From an uncultured Chloroflexia bacterium (lineage in GTDB: Bacteria; Chloroflexota; Limnocylindria; Limnocylindrales; CSP1-4): a DNA stretch of 64,000 nt. The notes below the pieces were generated by a model. That model was not told the origin of the DNA. It worked only from the letters and a program-made list of their open reading frames with translations, and made no database searches. The position numbers and the translations under genes are program-made. Below, one piece after another: positions 18,738 through 28,561 of the stretch. Location of the stretch: positions 1,088,001 to 1,152,000 of the forward strand of contig CAVVJT010000010.1 in NCBI GenBank assembly GCA_963748625.1, written 5' to 3'. How positions within the stretch are numbered: the stretch's first letter is position 1; each line of letters starts with the position of its first letter.

Positions 18738-19904
18738 TCAGTCGAAGGCGAGTCCCTGCAGGATCGTCGCGAGACCCTCGAGCCGCAGGTCGTAGAGATC
18801 ACCCGGCTTCCCGATCGCCTCGAGCACCAGGCTGCCCGGGTCGCCCAGGTCGACGATGACCACCGTCTGGCGCACGCCCTTCTCGAAGTAGCCGGTCCCG
18901 TTGTTCTTGAGCTCAAGGGCCGTCGCATCACGGTCCCCGAGGGTCCCTGACTCGGCCTGGAGCACCGACGTCGACGGCGATCCCTTGTAGTCCTTGACGA
19001 GGCGCGCGTAGGGTGTCGACTCGACCCGCACGATCACCGCCACATCGGGCAGCTCCGTTGCCTCCCCCACGAAGACCGGGCTGGGATCGAACAGCATGCA
19101 CGACCATTCCGATCCGTCCGAGAGCGTGCTCCACCCCACCGGGTACGACACCGTGAAGAACCCGACGTCGGAGTGGCAGCTCGGGAGGGCGCCCGACGGA
19201 TCATCGGTCGGACGAGGCTCGGCGGTGGGAAGGGGTCCAGCGGTGGGCGGTGGCTCGGTGCTGACGAGTGGCGCGAGCGTCCGGGCTGCGGTGGTCGACG
19301 CCGCTGTGGGCGATGCGTCTGGAACGATGGCGGGACCGACCGTCGGGATCAGCGTCAGCTGCGGCACGCCGCCACTGGCCAGGGCGACCGGGCCCGGCGA
19401 CGGGCTGCCGAACGGCTTGAGGACCACGATGCCGATGACCGCCACCGCGGCCGCCACCAGGAGCAGCCCGATGACGAGCTTTCCGGCACCCGACCCACCC
19501 GATCGCGGTCCGCCAGGCGGCTGCCCGTGGGGCATGGATCCACTCGGCGGATGCGCACCGGATCCTGGCGGCGTTCCCCAGCGGGGCAGGGCGGCAGGTG
19601 GGGCGACGTCGGGGGGCAGAGGGGACGGAGGCACGTGCGGCTGGCCCCAGGCGGGCGGGGCTGGCGATGGGGTGGCGGTTGGCGGCGCGGGTGCGGGCTG
19701 GCCCCAGGTGGGCGGGGCTGGCACATTCGCTGGAGCGGGCGGGGCTGGCACACCCGCTGGAGCGGGCAGCGGTGCCATGGCCGAAGCAGCCTGGCCTTGG
19801 ACCTGCGCCGGAGCGTCCGCCGCGACAATGGTCGCCCCGCACACGCCACAGAAGTGCTGGTCCGCCACCATGGCGGGGTGGCCGTTGACGCAGGCCAAGG
19901 TCAT
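18738..19904 (-). CDS. Zinc-ribbon / Pro-rich single-pass membrane protein
   Basis: C..GH...FCGVCG N-terminus, PPxWGQP repeats, one TM helix, extracellular domain with FTVSYPVGW (PsbP-like). Confidence 0.7.
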   Translation of the reverse strand: MTLACVNGHPAMVADQHFCGVCGATIVAADAPAQVQGQAASAMAPLPAPAGVPAPPAPANVPAPPTWGQPAPAPPTATPSPAPPAWGQPHVPPSPLPPDVAPPAALPRWGTPPGSGAHPPSGSMPHGQPPGGPRSGGSGAGKLVIGLLLVAAAVAVIGIVVLKPFGSPSPGPVALASGGVPQLTLIPTVGPAIVPDASPTAASTTAARTLAPLVSTEPPPTAGPLPTAEPRPTDDPSGALPSCHSDVGFFTVSYPVGWSTLSDGSEWSCMLFDPSPVFVGEATELPDVAVIVRVESTPYARLVKDYKGSPSTSVLQAESGTLGDRDATALELKNNGTGYFEKGVRQTVVIVDLGDPGSLVLEAIGKPGDLYDLRLEGLATILQGLAFD

Positions 19905-19941
19905 GCCGTCTCCCTGTCGATGGTCACGCCGGTCAGCTGCC

Positions 19942-22488
19942 TCACGCCTGAAACGTGAGCCCGTACGGTCCGATCCCGACGACATCGCCGGGCCGCAGCC
20001 ATGTCGGACCCGTGATCTGGACGCCGTTGACCCACGTCCCGCCGGCGCTGCCGACGTCGGCGATGACGAATGCCTGGCCTGTCGCGTACACCTGGGCGTG
20101 GCGCGGGCTCACGCGGGGATCGGCGAGCACGATCGTGCAGTCCGGCGCGCTCCCGAGCACCTGGCTCGCAGCCAGCGGGAAGCGAGGGGCCGCCGGGTCC
20201 CCAGGCGCGCCGAACACCAGGACCGGCGCCTGCGGAGACGATGGCCCAACCCCACTGCCGATGGCAGGCGCGGCGGCGCCCCAAGACGACGGCTGCTGGG
20301 CAGGCCAGCCGGACCCCCCGCCCCATGCCGTCGGCTGCTGGGCAGCCCAGCCGGACGCCTGCTGGCCATTCCAGGCCTGCGCGGCAGCGACGGCTGCCTG
20401 CCGCCGGCGACGTGAGCGGCGCATCGCCAGCAGGAGCACCAGCACCAGGAGGGCGGTCACGACGCCGCCGACCACGAGCGGCCGGAGATCCGGGCCGAGC
20501 GGCTGGATCGCCGCGATCGTGCTCTCGAGTGCCTCGACCACCCTGTCCGCGTCCTCGGCGCGGAACATGGAGCCCTTCGTCCGGTCCGCGAGGTCCTGGA
20601 ACGCGACCTCGGCCTCGGGGCTGAAGTCCCCCTCGTTGCCGACCAGCACAGCGTGGATGACGACCGGGTCCGCGTCCTCCGCTGCCTTGGCCACGATCGC
20701 CGGCGTGAAGCCCTCGCGACTCGGCGAGTGCGGGGGTGCGTCGCCCATGAGGATGATGTTCTTGCTCACGTTCGGCCGCCAGCCGCCGATCGCCTTGGAG
20801 TCGATCGCCCGCATGAGCGCTTCGAACACGGCCTCCGGCTCGTCACCGCCGCCAGCGACGGACAAGCCGTTGATGTTGCCCACGATCGTGGACTGGTCGG
20901 ACGAGAACGCGTAGTCCTGGAACGTCTCCAGGCCCTCCTCCTCGTCCCAGTCACGGAACGCGACCACCGCCACCCGGTACCCCGGGTCCTTGGCGGCAAG
21001 CCGCCCGACGATGGCAGAGGCAGCCGACTTCACGCTCGCGATGTCGTCGTCCATGCTGGAGGTGACGTCGATGCAGAGCACGAGGTCGATCAGACCTGCG
21101 GGTGTCCCGAGCGGCTTCGTCACCTTCGCATACCCGAGGTCGGGAGTCGTGGTGAACGAGCCGATGGTCTCAAGTGTGAGCGAGCACGCGTCCGGCTTCT
21201 CGGCCTTGACCTTCCAGCTGATCGACTCGTCGTGCGTGACGGCACCTGCGATCGGCTGCTGCTCCGGCCCCTCCACCGAGCAGCCCGATGCCCGGAGGCG
21301 CACCTGGACACCCGTCGCCGCCTCGGCTGCCTTGTTGTCGATGACCGCGGTGACCTTGTAGACCTGCGGTTCGGTGTCGCTCTCGACCCGGAGGCTCGGG
21401 CGGAGCGCCGAGAATGAGGCCCGCCAGATCGTCGCCACCGACGAGATCGCGTGGTTGAGGGCGTCCTTCTCCTCGAGCGCCCGTGCTGCGAGGTTGTCGC
21501 TCGTCTCGGTGGCGGCGGCGATCGCGAGCGCCTCGACCTGCGCATCCTGCCCGGCTCCCGGGCTGTCGAAGCGCGGGACCGCGTTGCGCCAGCGGCTGTC
21601 GTACCCGGCCACCGTGCCCGCGTCGTGCCCGACGGCGCCTTCCCAGGCGATGTGGCTCGACGTCTTGATTGTGGCCGGCCAGGTCCCGTTGTAGTACCAG
21701 GGGTCGAACCAGTCGAGATAGGTCTTCCCGCCGCCGACCGTTGGGACCTCGGATGCGCCGGCCGCGGGCGTCGGCGCGGGCGTCGGGAGCTCGCCCGACG
21801 GCGTGGCAATGCTCAGGTACCGCCAGACCTCGGTCTTGAAGTTCTCCGAGCCAAGCCAGCTCCAGTCCTTGACCTGGCAGCCATAGCAGAGCTCGATCGG
21901 ACCAAACGCCTCGGGAGGGAGCGTGATGTTCCACGCCCACCAGGAGCCGCCCTGGTCCTTGTACAGCTGGGCTATCTGTGCGCGGGGCATGCCGACGACA
22001 TGGAACGGCACGTACATGTCGGCCATGAAGTGGCCGGCCCAGGCCGCCCCCTGGCCGGCCCCTGCGACATCGCCCTTCGCCTGCGCCCCCACGAGCGAGT
22101 TGAACATCGTTGCCGAGGCCCGCGGGCCATTGCCCTTGTCGGCGCCGGGGAGCTTGGGGTTGTAGTAGTGCCAGGAGTAGGGCGTCGCGCCGTCGCTGTC
22201 CGGGCCCGGACCCACCATGAAGTCGAACCACGCCTCGGACGTGCCCGACCAGTTGACGCCCTCGTTCGCATCGACCTGCGCCTTGGTCGGGAACAGGTCG
22301 GCGGAGAACGCCGGGTCCGCGCTGAGCACGGCCATCGCCTGCTCGTCGATCCACTGGTGGGTCGTGGCCGGCGCCACGGCGCCCCACGCAGCGACGTCCG
22401 CGGGCGCCACCGCCGGGCCTGCGAGCAGCCCAACCGCAATCGGCAGCAAGAGGTATGGCACCACCCGACGACGATCGGCCGAACGCAC
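19942..22488 (-). CDS. Signal peptide + Zn-phospholipase C/S1-P1-like domain + VWA + TM + FHA domain protein
   Basis: VAA|WG...TH, GPD, WHYY, GHFMADMYVPFH, SHIAWE; MIDAS CIDVTSSM, GGGDEPE, MGDAPPH; TM then RRSRRRR; FHA VLGS...VSPRHA...DVGSAGGTWVNG. Confidence 0.8.
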   Translation of the reverse strand: MRSADRRRVVPYLLLPIAVGLLAGPAVAPADVAAWGAVAPATTHQWIDEQAMAVLSADPAFSADLFPTKAQVDANEGVNWSGTSEAWFDFMVGPGPDSDGATPYSWHYYNPKLPGADKGNGPRASATMFNSLVGAQAKGDVAGAGQGAAWAGHFMADMYVPFHVVGMPRAQIAQLYKDQGGSWWAWNITLPPEAFGPIELCYGCQVKDWSWLGSENFKTEVWRYLSIATPSGELPTPAPTPAAGASEVPTVGGGKTYLDWFDPWYYNGTWPATIKTSSHIAWEGAVGHDAGTVAGYDSRWRNAVPRFDSPGAGQDAQVEALAIAAATETSDNLAARALEEKDALNHAISSVATIWRASFSALRPSLRVESDTEPQVYKVTAVIDNKAAEAATGVQVRLRASGCSVEGPEQQPIAGAVTHDESISWKVKAEKPDACSLTLETIGSFTTTPDLGYAKVTKPLGTPAGLIDLVLCIDVTSSMDDDIASVKSAASAIVGRLAAKDPGYRVAVVAFRDWDEEEGLETFQDYAFSSDQSTIVGNINGLSVAGGGDEPEAVFEALMRAIDSKAIGGWRPNVSKNIILMGDAPPHSPSREGFTPAIVAKAAEDADPVVIHAVLVGNEGDFSPEAEVAFQDLADRTKGSMFRAEDADRVVEALESTIAAIQPLGPDLRPLVVGGVVTALLVLVLLLAMRRSRRRRQAAVAAAQAWNGQQASGWAAQQPTAWGGGSGWPAQQPSSWGAAAPAIGSGVGPSSPQAPVLVFGAPGDPAAPRFPLAASQVLGSAPDCTIVLADPRVSPRHAQVYATGQAFVIADVGSAGGTWVNGVQITGPTWLRPGDVVGIGPYGLTFQA

Positions 22489-22744
22489 GACCGGACCTCC
22501 TCGCTCCCTCCCGGACAGAGCACGCGGCAGATCGCGCTCGATCCGTCCGACGCTGCGAAGTCAACGCCGGGCCCCGGGCGGAGGCAAGTGCCCAATCGGG
22601 TGTATCGGGCGGGTCACACGATCGTCGCCGCTCCAGGGCGCCTGTGCCAGCCCTGCCGCCGGAGGACCCCACCTGCGTCGGCGGCGGGGCAGGACCGCGG
22701 AAGCGTCCGGGCTCGACCGGCCGGAACCTGGCCCCGGACAAGCA

Positions 22745-22776
22745 GAAACCCCGGGGTGGTCGGGTCCCGGGGTTTC
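22745..22776 (-). terminator. Terminator hairpin downstream of tRNA-Met
   Basis: gaaaccccggg ... cccggggtttc, 11-bp inverted repeat. Confidence 0.65.
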
Positions 22777-22790
22777 AGAGGAAGATGCGA

Positions 22791-22866
<76 letters not shown>

Positions 22867-22944
22867 TGGGACTGCGGAGTCTACCGGAGGTCGACCTAGG
22901 CGTCAAAGAAGGCCCCCGGCCCTAGCCCAGACTCGGGTGCAGTT

Positions 22945-23033
22945 GGTGCGCGGTCCGCCCCGGCTCCCGGTGCGCGGTCCGCCCCGGCTCCCGGTGCGCG
23001 GTCCGCCCCGGCTCCCGGTGCGCGGTCCGCCCC
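22945..23033. repeat. Tandem repeat, 24-bp unit x3.7
   Basis: ggtgcgcggtccgccccggctccc; a related copy recurs at ~23157-23179. Confidence 0.9.
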
Positions 23034-23186
23034 ACGTGGGGGCCAAATCCGCGGGTCGTGAGCGTGGTCCGGGCGCGAAAGTCGGGGTTTGCGACGCAGA
23101 CCGTGCGTGAAGGAGTGCGCGATGCCCCACAGGTGGGGCAAGTGTGGGAGACCGTGCCCGGTGCGCAGTCCGCCCCACGCTCTCGG

Positions 23187-24038
23187 TCACGCGTCGAGTG
23201 CCGCCACCCGGGCCGCAAGCGCGCCCTGCCACGTGGCGATCGCCTCCGGCCACCAGGCATCCAGGAAGCGCTCTGAGCCGTACCACTCGGTGCCGATGGC
23301 CTGGCCGTGGTCGGCGTCATCGAACACGATGGAGCGTGCGCCCGGCAGCAGCGCGCACTCCACTGGGATCAGCCCGTCCCCGGCGATCTCAGCGGCGGCG
23401 TCCGCCGCCACAGGGTCCGGCACCAGGGCCCGGTAGAAGCCCCACGCCCGACGCTCCCCCGCCGTGCCGTGCGGCCGCCCGGTCGTCCGGCGAGAGGCGA
23501 TCGCCAGGTAGCCGGTGCCCGGTTCGAATGCAGGACCCGGGACCACGCGGTTCGCAAAGGATGCTGCCTCGACGGCGGCGCGCTGCCGGGAGTCCGCGAG
23601 CGAGACCACGTGCGGCGTGCCCAGGGTGACAAGCGCCCCGATCCGCCCGGATGCGTTGAGGTACCGGCCGGCGAAGGGTTCGGGCGACGTGAGCAGGCGC
23701 GCGGACATCCCGCCCGCGGAGTGGCCGATGACCAGCACCGGCGCGCCAAGGGCGACGATCTCGGAACTCGCCGAGGCCGCCAGCAGCCCCCGGCCCGAAC
23801 GGGTCGCGATCGGCCCCAGCCCACGCCGCGCCGCCAGGAGCCAGTCCATGGTCCACACGTTGCCGACGACCACGTCGGCCGCGCCGCGGGCACGGAGCCG
23901 CGCCGCGAACCGCCGGTAGACGGGCGGCGAGGTGAGGAAGCCGCCGAGGACCAGGACGACTGGCGCGGGCGGGCGGCCGTCGCGCACGGCGGCGACCCAC
24001 GGGCGCTCGGGACGGGCCGAAGGGCGCTCGGCGTTCAT
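23187..24038 (-). CDS. Alpha/beta hydrolase (lipase/PGAP1-like)
   Basis: VLGGF oxyanion region, IGHSAGG nucleophile elbow, LVTLGTPH, GDGLIP, ADH. Confidence 0.82.
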   Translation of the reverse strand: MNAERPSARPERPWVAAVRDGRPPAPVVLVLGGFLTSPPVYRRFAARLRARGAADVVVGNVWTMDWLLAARRGLGPIATRSGRGLLAASASSEIVALGAPVLVIGHSAGGMSARLLTSPEPFAGRYLNASGRIGALVTLGTPHVVSLADSRQRAAVEAASFANRVVPGPAFEPGTGYLAIASRRTTGRPHGTAGERRAWGFYRALVPDPVAADAAAEIAGDGLIPVECALLPGARSIVFDDADHGQAIGTEWYGSERFLDAWWPEAIATWQGALAARVAALDA

Positions 24039-25342
24039 CCGGCGGCCTCGACCACTGCCCTGCTGTCGTCCAAGTCGACCTCGACGGCGGGCTCCGTGTC
24101 ACCGGCCACCGCCTGTGCGATCACCGGGTGCGGCTGCAGCGCGTCGTACAGCCGCCGCCCGCCGAGCGCCAGGCCAACCACCAGCGCGCCGATCATCGCG
24201 ACCGTGGTGGCCACGAACGGGATCCGCAGGTCAACGGCAGCGGCGAACCCGGAGAACAGCGACGCGATGATCGTGCCGAGCGTGCCGGCCGCACCGAAGA
24301 TGCCCTGGGCCGTCGAGGCCTTGCCCGCGGGCGCAGAGCGGGCGATCAGCAGGTAGAGCGCGGGCGAGGCGGCCGCGAAGGCCAGGCCTTCGACCAGGCC
24401 CACCAGCATGATGAACCACACCTGCCCGACCGCCACGTAGAGCGTGCCGCAGACCGCCGCCACCAGCAGGCCCACCACGATCTGCCAGAAGCCGCCGCGC
24501 CGGTCGGCGAACCGGCCGAACCAGCCGGACACGAGCAGGATCGGGAGGGCGAACGAGAAGAAGGTCAGGCCGATTGCCTGCAGGCCCGCGCCAAGCGACG
24601 TGAGGTACAGGCTCCACGCGACCTCGTACGAGCCGCTGGCGAAATAGGCGCTCACGTTGAGCGCCACACCGGCGATCAGCAGCCGGTTGAAGAGGCGCGT
24701 CGGGCGGGTCGCGAGGTCCGCGGCGCCGGGAACATCTGGAGCGGGGGTCTCGTGGGCACGCACGTGGCGCTCGGGCACGAACACGATCACGAGCACGGCC
24801 GACGCGAGAAGCGCGAGTCCCGCCACCCAGAAGACGACCGTGGGCTGCCCCGCGATCGCCGCTGCCATGCCGCCCACGACCGGCCCCAGCATCAGGCCGC
24901 CCATCTGCGCCGCGCCGTACAGGCCGAACGCCTCGCCACGCTGCTCTGGCGGGTTCGCGTCCACGATATAGCCGCGGGCGGCGGGATCGTAGATCGACGC
25001 GGCCAGACCCGCGAGGGCGCGCATGCCGATGAACGCGAGTGGGACGACCGCGAACAGCGGCAGGACCGCGAACACCGCGGCCAGCAGGAGGCCGATGACC
25101 ATCATCAGCTTGCGCGAGACACGGTCGGCGACCCAGCCGAACACCGGCTCGCCCAGCAGCCGGGCCGCGGGCCATGCCGCGACGATCACGCCCAGCGTGG
25201 GCAGGTCCACCCCGTGCTCGGTGAAGTAGATCGGCAGGATCGGCAGCAGCGCCCCGAAGCCGAGCCAGATCACGGCTTCGGCGATCAGGAGCGGGAGCAT
25301 GCGGCCCCACGCGGAGAGCCAGGCGGTGACGCGGTTGTGCAC
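24035..25342 (-). CDS. MFS transporter
   Basis: About 12 TMs; motif A GWVADRVSRK and GRFADRRGG. Confidence 0.92.
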   Translation of the reverse strand: MHNRVTAWLSAWGRMLPLLIAEAVIWLGFGALLPILPIYFTEHGVDLPTLGVIVAAWPAARLLGEPVFGWVADRVSRKLMMVIGLLLAAVFAVLPLFAVVPLAFIGMRALAGLAASIYDPAARGYIVDANPPEQRGEAFGLYGAAQMGGLMLGPVVGGMAAAIAGQPTVVFWVAGLALLASAVLVIVFVPERHVRAHETPAPDVPGAADLATRPTRLFNRLLIAGVALNVSAYFASGSYEVAWSLYLTSLGAGLQAIGLTFFSFALPILLVSGWFGRFADRRGGFWQIVVGLLVAAVCGTLYVAVGQVWFIMLVGLVEGLAFAAASPALYLLIARSAPAGKASTAQGIFGAAGTLGTIIASLFSGFAAAVDLRIPFVATTVAMIGALVVGLALGGRRLYDALQPHPVIAQAVAGDTEPAVEVDLDDSRAVVEAAG

Positions 25343-25439
25343 GGAGTCCTGCCGGTACGTCCCGGCATGCTAGCCGACCTGGGGTCTCGCACCCCGACGT
25401 GGACCACGGCCCGGAACCGCGGGCGCCTATGATCGGGAG

Positions 25440-25817
25440 GTGAATCCCGCCCTCATCGCCCTGTTCCTCGTGGCGGCCCTTCTGGCGCTGCTGCCCGTGT
25501 GGCGGCTGCGCACCGCCGGCTGGTCGCGCGGCGCGCTGGTCACCGCCTGGCTCCTGTACGGGCTGGGAATCTTCATGGCAGTGCGTTTTGCGGCCCCGTT
25601 CCGCTTCCTGCTGCCGATCCTCGTCATCGCGTACGTGGCGCCGTTCATCGTGGGGCCGGAGCGGCTGGGTCGGGTGCTGAGGAGGCGGGGGCGGGCAGTT
25701 CCACCCCCGGTGAAGGACGTCACGCCGCCACCACCACCCGCCCTGACCGGCGGCCGCGGCGGGGATGCAGGCGAGGGCGAGGCCGATGACCCCGCCGGGG
25801 ACGAGCCGGGCGGATGA
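25440..25817 (+). CDS. Small membrane protein of unknown function
   Basis: 3 hydrophobic helices; TATGAT-N6-GTG; ATGA coupling to the next gene. Confidence 0.7.
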   Translation: MNPALIALFLVAALLALLPVWRLRTAGWSRGALVTAWLLYGLGIFMAVRFAAPFRFLLPILVIAYVAPFIVGPERLGRVLRRRGRAVPPPVKDVTPPPPPALTGGRGGDAGEGEADDPAGDEPGG

Positions 25818-26527
25818 CCGGCCCCATCGCGCTCCACGGGGGTGGTGAGTACGTCGCGGGCGACGAGGCGGCGATGGACGCGCTGCTCGGGGCCGGCCTC
25901 GTGGCGTCAGGCGGAGGACCCATACGGGTCGTCCTGGTGCCCACCGCGGTGGCGCGCCACCGTCCCGACCTTGCTGCCGCGCACGGCGAGCGCGCGTTCC
26001 TCGCGGCCGGCGCGCGTGCAGGCGTCCGCGTGGAGGTCGTCGTCGCCCTGGTCCTGGATCGTGCAGCGGCGGCGGACCCGGCGGTCATCGCGCCGTTCGA
26101 GGGCGCACACGTGATCCACCTTCCCGGCGGCGACCCGGACCTGCCGCCCACGGTCCTGCGGGCCACGCCCGCGTGGAGCGCGATCCTGCGGGCCCACGAG
26201 GCGGGCGCCTGTCTCGCGGGTGCGAGCGCGGGAGCGATGGCCCTCGGCTCGCGTCTCTGGACACCGTCGGGTCCGATGGACGGCCTGGGCCTGGTGCCCG
26301 GAGTGGCTGTGGTCCCCCACTTCGAACCCGGGCGGCTCGCCGCCTGGCGGAGGATCGTGGACGCGGCCGGGCGCCTCGTCTGGGTCGGCCTCGACGAGCA
26401 GACGCTGGTCATCGGCCGACCGGGTGCCCCGTGGCGCGTGGCCGGGCGGGGGCGGGCACACGTCTGGACGGATGCCTCGAGGCCCCTGGTGTCAGCAGGC
26501 CACGGGGAGTCGCTCGGCATCATCTGA
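25814..26527 (+). CDS. Peptidase S51 / cyanophycinase-like protein
   Basis: LHGGGE, LVPTA, PGGDP, GASAGAM, VVPHF, GLDEQT. Confidence 0.82.
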   Translation: MTGPIALHGGGEYVAGDEAAMDALLGAGLVASGGGPIRVVLVPTAVARHRPDLAAAHGERAFLAAGARAGVRVEVVVALVLDRAAAADPAVIAPFEGAHVIHLPGGDPDLPPTVLRATPAWSAILRAHEAGACLAGASAGAMALGSRLWTPSGPMDGLGLVPGVAVVPHFEPGRLAAWRRIVDAAGRLVWVGLDEQTLVIGRPGAPWRVAGRGRAHVWTDASRPLVSAGHGESLGII

Positions 26528-26578
26528 GCAGCGCACCCGACCCTCCCCGGCGGCAGCGGCGTGGGCTATCGTCCGTCC

Positions 26579-27829
26579 ATGGTCCTGCGCGCGTTCGACC
26601 GGTCCCCCTGGCGCCTCGAGCCCGGCGTCTCGTTCCTCAACCACGGCTCCTTCGGCGCCTGCCCGGAACCGGTCCTCGAGGCGCAGCGGGTCTGGCGCGA
26701 CCGCCTCGAAGGCGAGCCCGTCCGCTTCCTCGCCCGTGAGCTCGAGGGCCATCTCGACGCCGTCCGCGCCGAGCTCGGCGCCTTCCTCCACGCGGACCCC
26801 GAGGGCCTCGCGTTCGTGCCCAATGCGACCACCGGCATCTCCACCGTGCTCGGCTCGCTGCGGTTCGCCCCGGGCGACGAGCTGCTGGTCAACGACCACG
26901 AGTACAACGCCACGATCCTCGCGCTGCGTGCCGCCGCCGAGCGGGACGGGGCCAGGGTGGTGGTCGTGCGCATCCCGTTCCCGATCGATGATCCCTCGCA
27001 AGTGGTGGAGGCCTACCTCGAGTCGGTCACGCCCCGCACGCGCCTTGCCCTCGTGAGCCACGTCACGTCCCCCACCGCGGTGGTGATGCCCGTGGTGGCG
27101 CTCGTGCGCGAGCTGGACCGGCGCGGCGTGGACACCCTGATCGACGGGGCGCACGCGCCGGGCATGATCCCGGTGGACCTCGACGCGCTCGACGCCGCCT
27201 ACTGGACGGGCAACGCCCACAAGTGGCTGTGCGCGCCGAAGGGTGCTGCCATCCTGTGGGTTCGCAAGGACCGCCGCTGGAGCATGCGGCCGCTCGTGGT
27301 GTCCCATGGCGTGAACGACCCCCGCACGGATCGCTCGCGCTACCAGCTGCTGTTCGACTGGACCGGGACCGACGACCCCACGCCGTACCTGGCGATCCCG
27401 GCGGCCCTGCGCTTCGTGGGCGGCGTGCACGAGGACGGCTGGACGGGGCTCATGGCCGCCAACACGGCGAAGGCGCGGGCTGCACGGGACGTGATCTGCT
27501 CCGCGCTCGGGGTGCCCGCGCCGGCACCGGACGCGATGCTGGGTGCGATGGCCGCGATCCCGCTGCCGCACATCGCACCCTCCGAGGCTGCGGCGGAACG
27601 GCTGCAGGCGGCCCTGTACGACGAGGACCGGATTGAGGTCCCCGTGTACGCGTTCCCGGTGCCCGCCGCGCTCGAGCCCGGCTCGACACTCGCCAGCGTC
27701 GTCCTGCGGGTCTCGGCCCAGGCGTACAACCGCCCGGACGAGTTCACGTTCCTCGCAGAACGCCTGGCGGCGCGGCTGCAGGCACCCTCGTCGCCGCGCT
27801 CCCTGCTCGGTCGCCTGCGCCGCCACTGA
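26579..27829 (+). CDS. Aminotransferase class V PLP enzyme (isopenicillin N epimerase/EgtE-like lyase)
   Basis: FLNHGSFGACP, NATTG, SHVTSPTA, IDGAHAPG, GNAHKWLCAPKG, WTGTDD. Confidence 0.88.
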   Translation: MVLRAFDRSPWRLEPGVSFLNHGSFGACPEPVLEAQRVWRDRLEGEPVRFLARELEGHLDAVRAELGAFLHADPEGLAFVPNATTGISTVLGSLRFAPGDELLVNDHEYNATILALRAAAERDGARVVVVRIPFPIDDPSQVVEAYLESVTPRTRLALVSHVTSPTAVVMPVVALVRELDRRGVDTLIDGAHAPGMIPVDLDALDAAYWTGNAHKWLCAPKGAAILWVRKDRRWSMRPLVVSHGVNDPRTDRSRYQLLFDWTGTDDPTPYLAIPAALRFVGGVHEDGWTGLMAANTAKARAARDVICSALGVPAPAPDAMLGAMAAIPLPHIAPSEAAAERLQAALYDEDRIEVPVYAFPVPAALEPGSTLASVVLRVSAQAYNRPDEFTFLAERLAARLQAPSSPRSLLGRLRRH

Positions 27830-27844
27830 GCGTGGAGTCCCGCC

Positions 27845-28561
27845 CTAGCGCCCGTCGAGCGGGATCCGCGCCCCGTTGACCGCCGCGGCCGCCGGGGAGG
27901 CCAGCCAGGCGAGCGCCTCGGCAACCTCCTCGGGAGTGACCCACGATGCGTTCCCCTTCGACGGCGCCGTTTCACGCTCGTGCGCGGCATCGACCGCCTT
28001 CACGATCAGCAGGTTCGCCGTGATCCCGTCGCCCGCATGCTCGCGTGCCACGGACCGCACAAGAACCTCCTCGGCCGCCTTCGCCATGGCATAGCTCGCG
28101 CCCTTCGGCCCTGGGGCGGAGGCGAACGGCGACGACACCGCCACCACCCTCCCGAAGCCGCGGGCCACCATGCCGGGCACCACCGCCTGGAGCACGTTGA
28201 GCGTCGTCCACAGGTGCTGGTCGAGCATCCAGCGCACCTCGGCCGGATCGAGATCGGCCACGCCGGTGCCGCCGGTCCAGCCGCCGACCAGGTGGAGCAG
28301 CACGTCCACCCGCCCGAAGCGGGCATCGACCGCCGCCACGACCGCCCGCGCCGCATCGGCGTCCTTGAGGTCCCCGGGTGCCGCGACCACGGAGGATGGC
28401 TCGAGCGCAAGCTCCGAGATGAGCGCATCGAGCCTGGCCGCGTCGGACCCGTTGAGCGCAAGCAGCGCCCCGTCCGCAGCGAACCGCCGCGCCGCAGCCC
28501 GGCCCACGGGCCCGGTCGCCCCCGTGACGAGCACAACCGGACGATCAGCCAAGGAACTCAT
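27845..28561 (-). CDS. Short-chain dehydrogenase/reductase
   Basis: VTGATGPVG, YAMAK catalytic motif, NGARIPLDG. Confidence 0.9.
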   Translation of the reverse strand: MSSLADRPVVLVTGATGPVGRAAARRFAADGALLALNGSDAARLDALISELALEPSSVVAAPGDLKDADAARAVVAAVDARFGRVDVLLHLVGGWTGGTGVADLDPAEVRWMLDQHLWTTLNVLQAVVPGMVARGFGRVVAVSSPFASAPGPKGASYAMAKAAEEVLVRSVAREHAGDGITANLLIVKAVDAAHERETAPSKGNASWVTPEEVAEALAWLASPAAAAVNGARIPLDGR

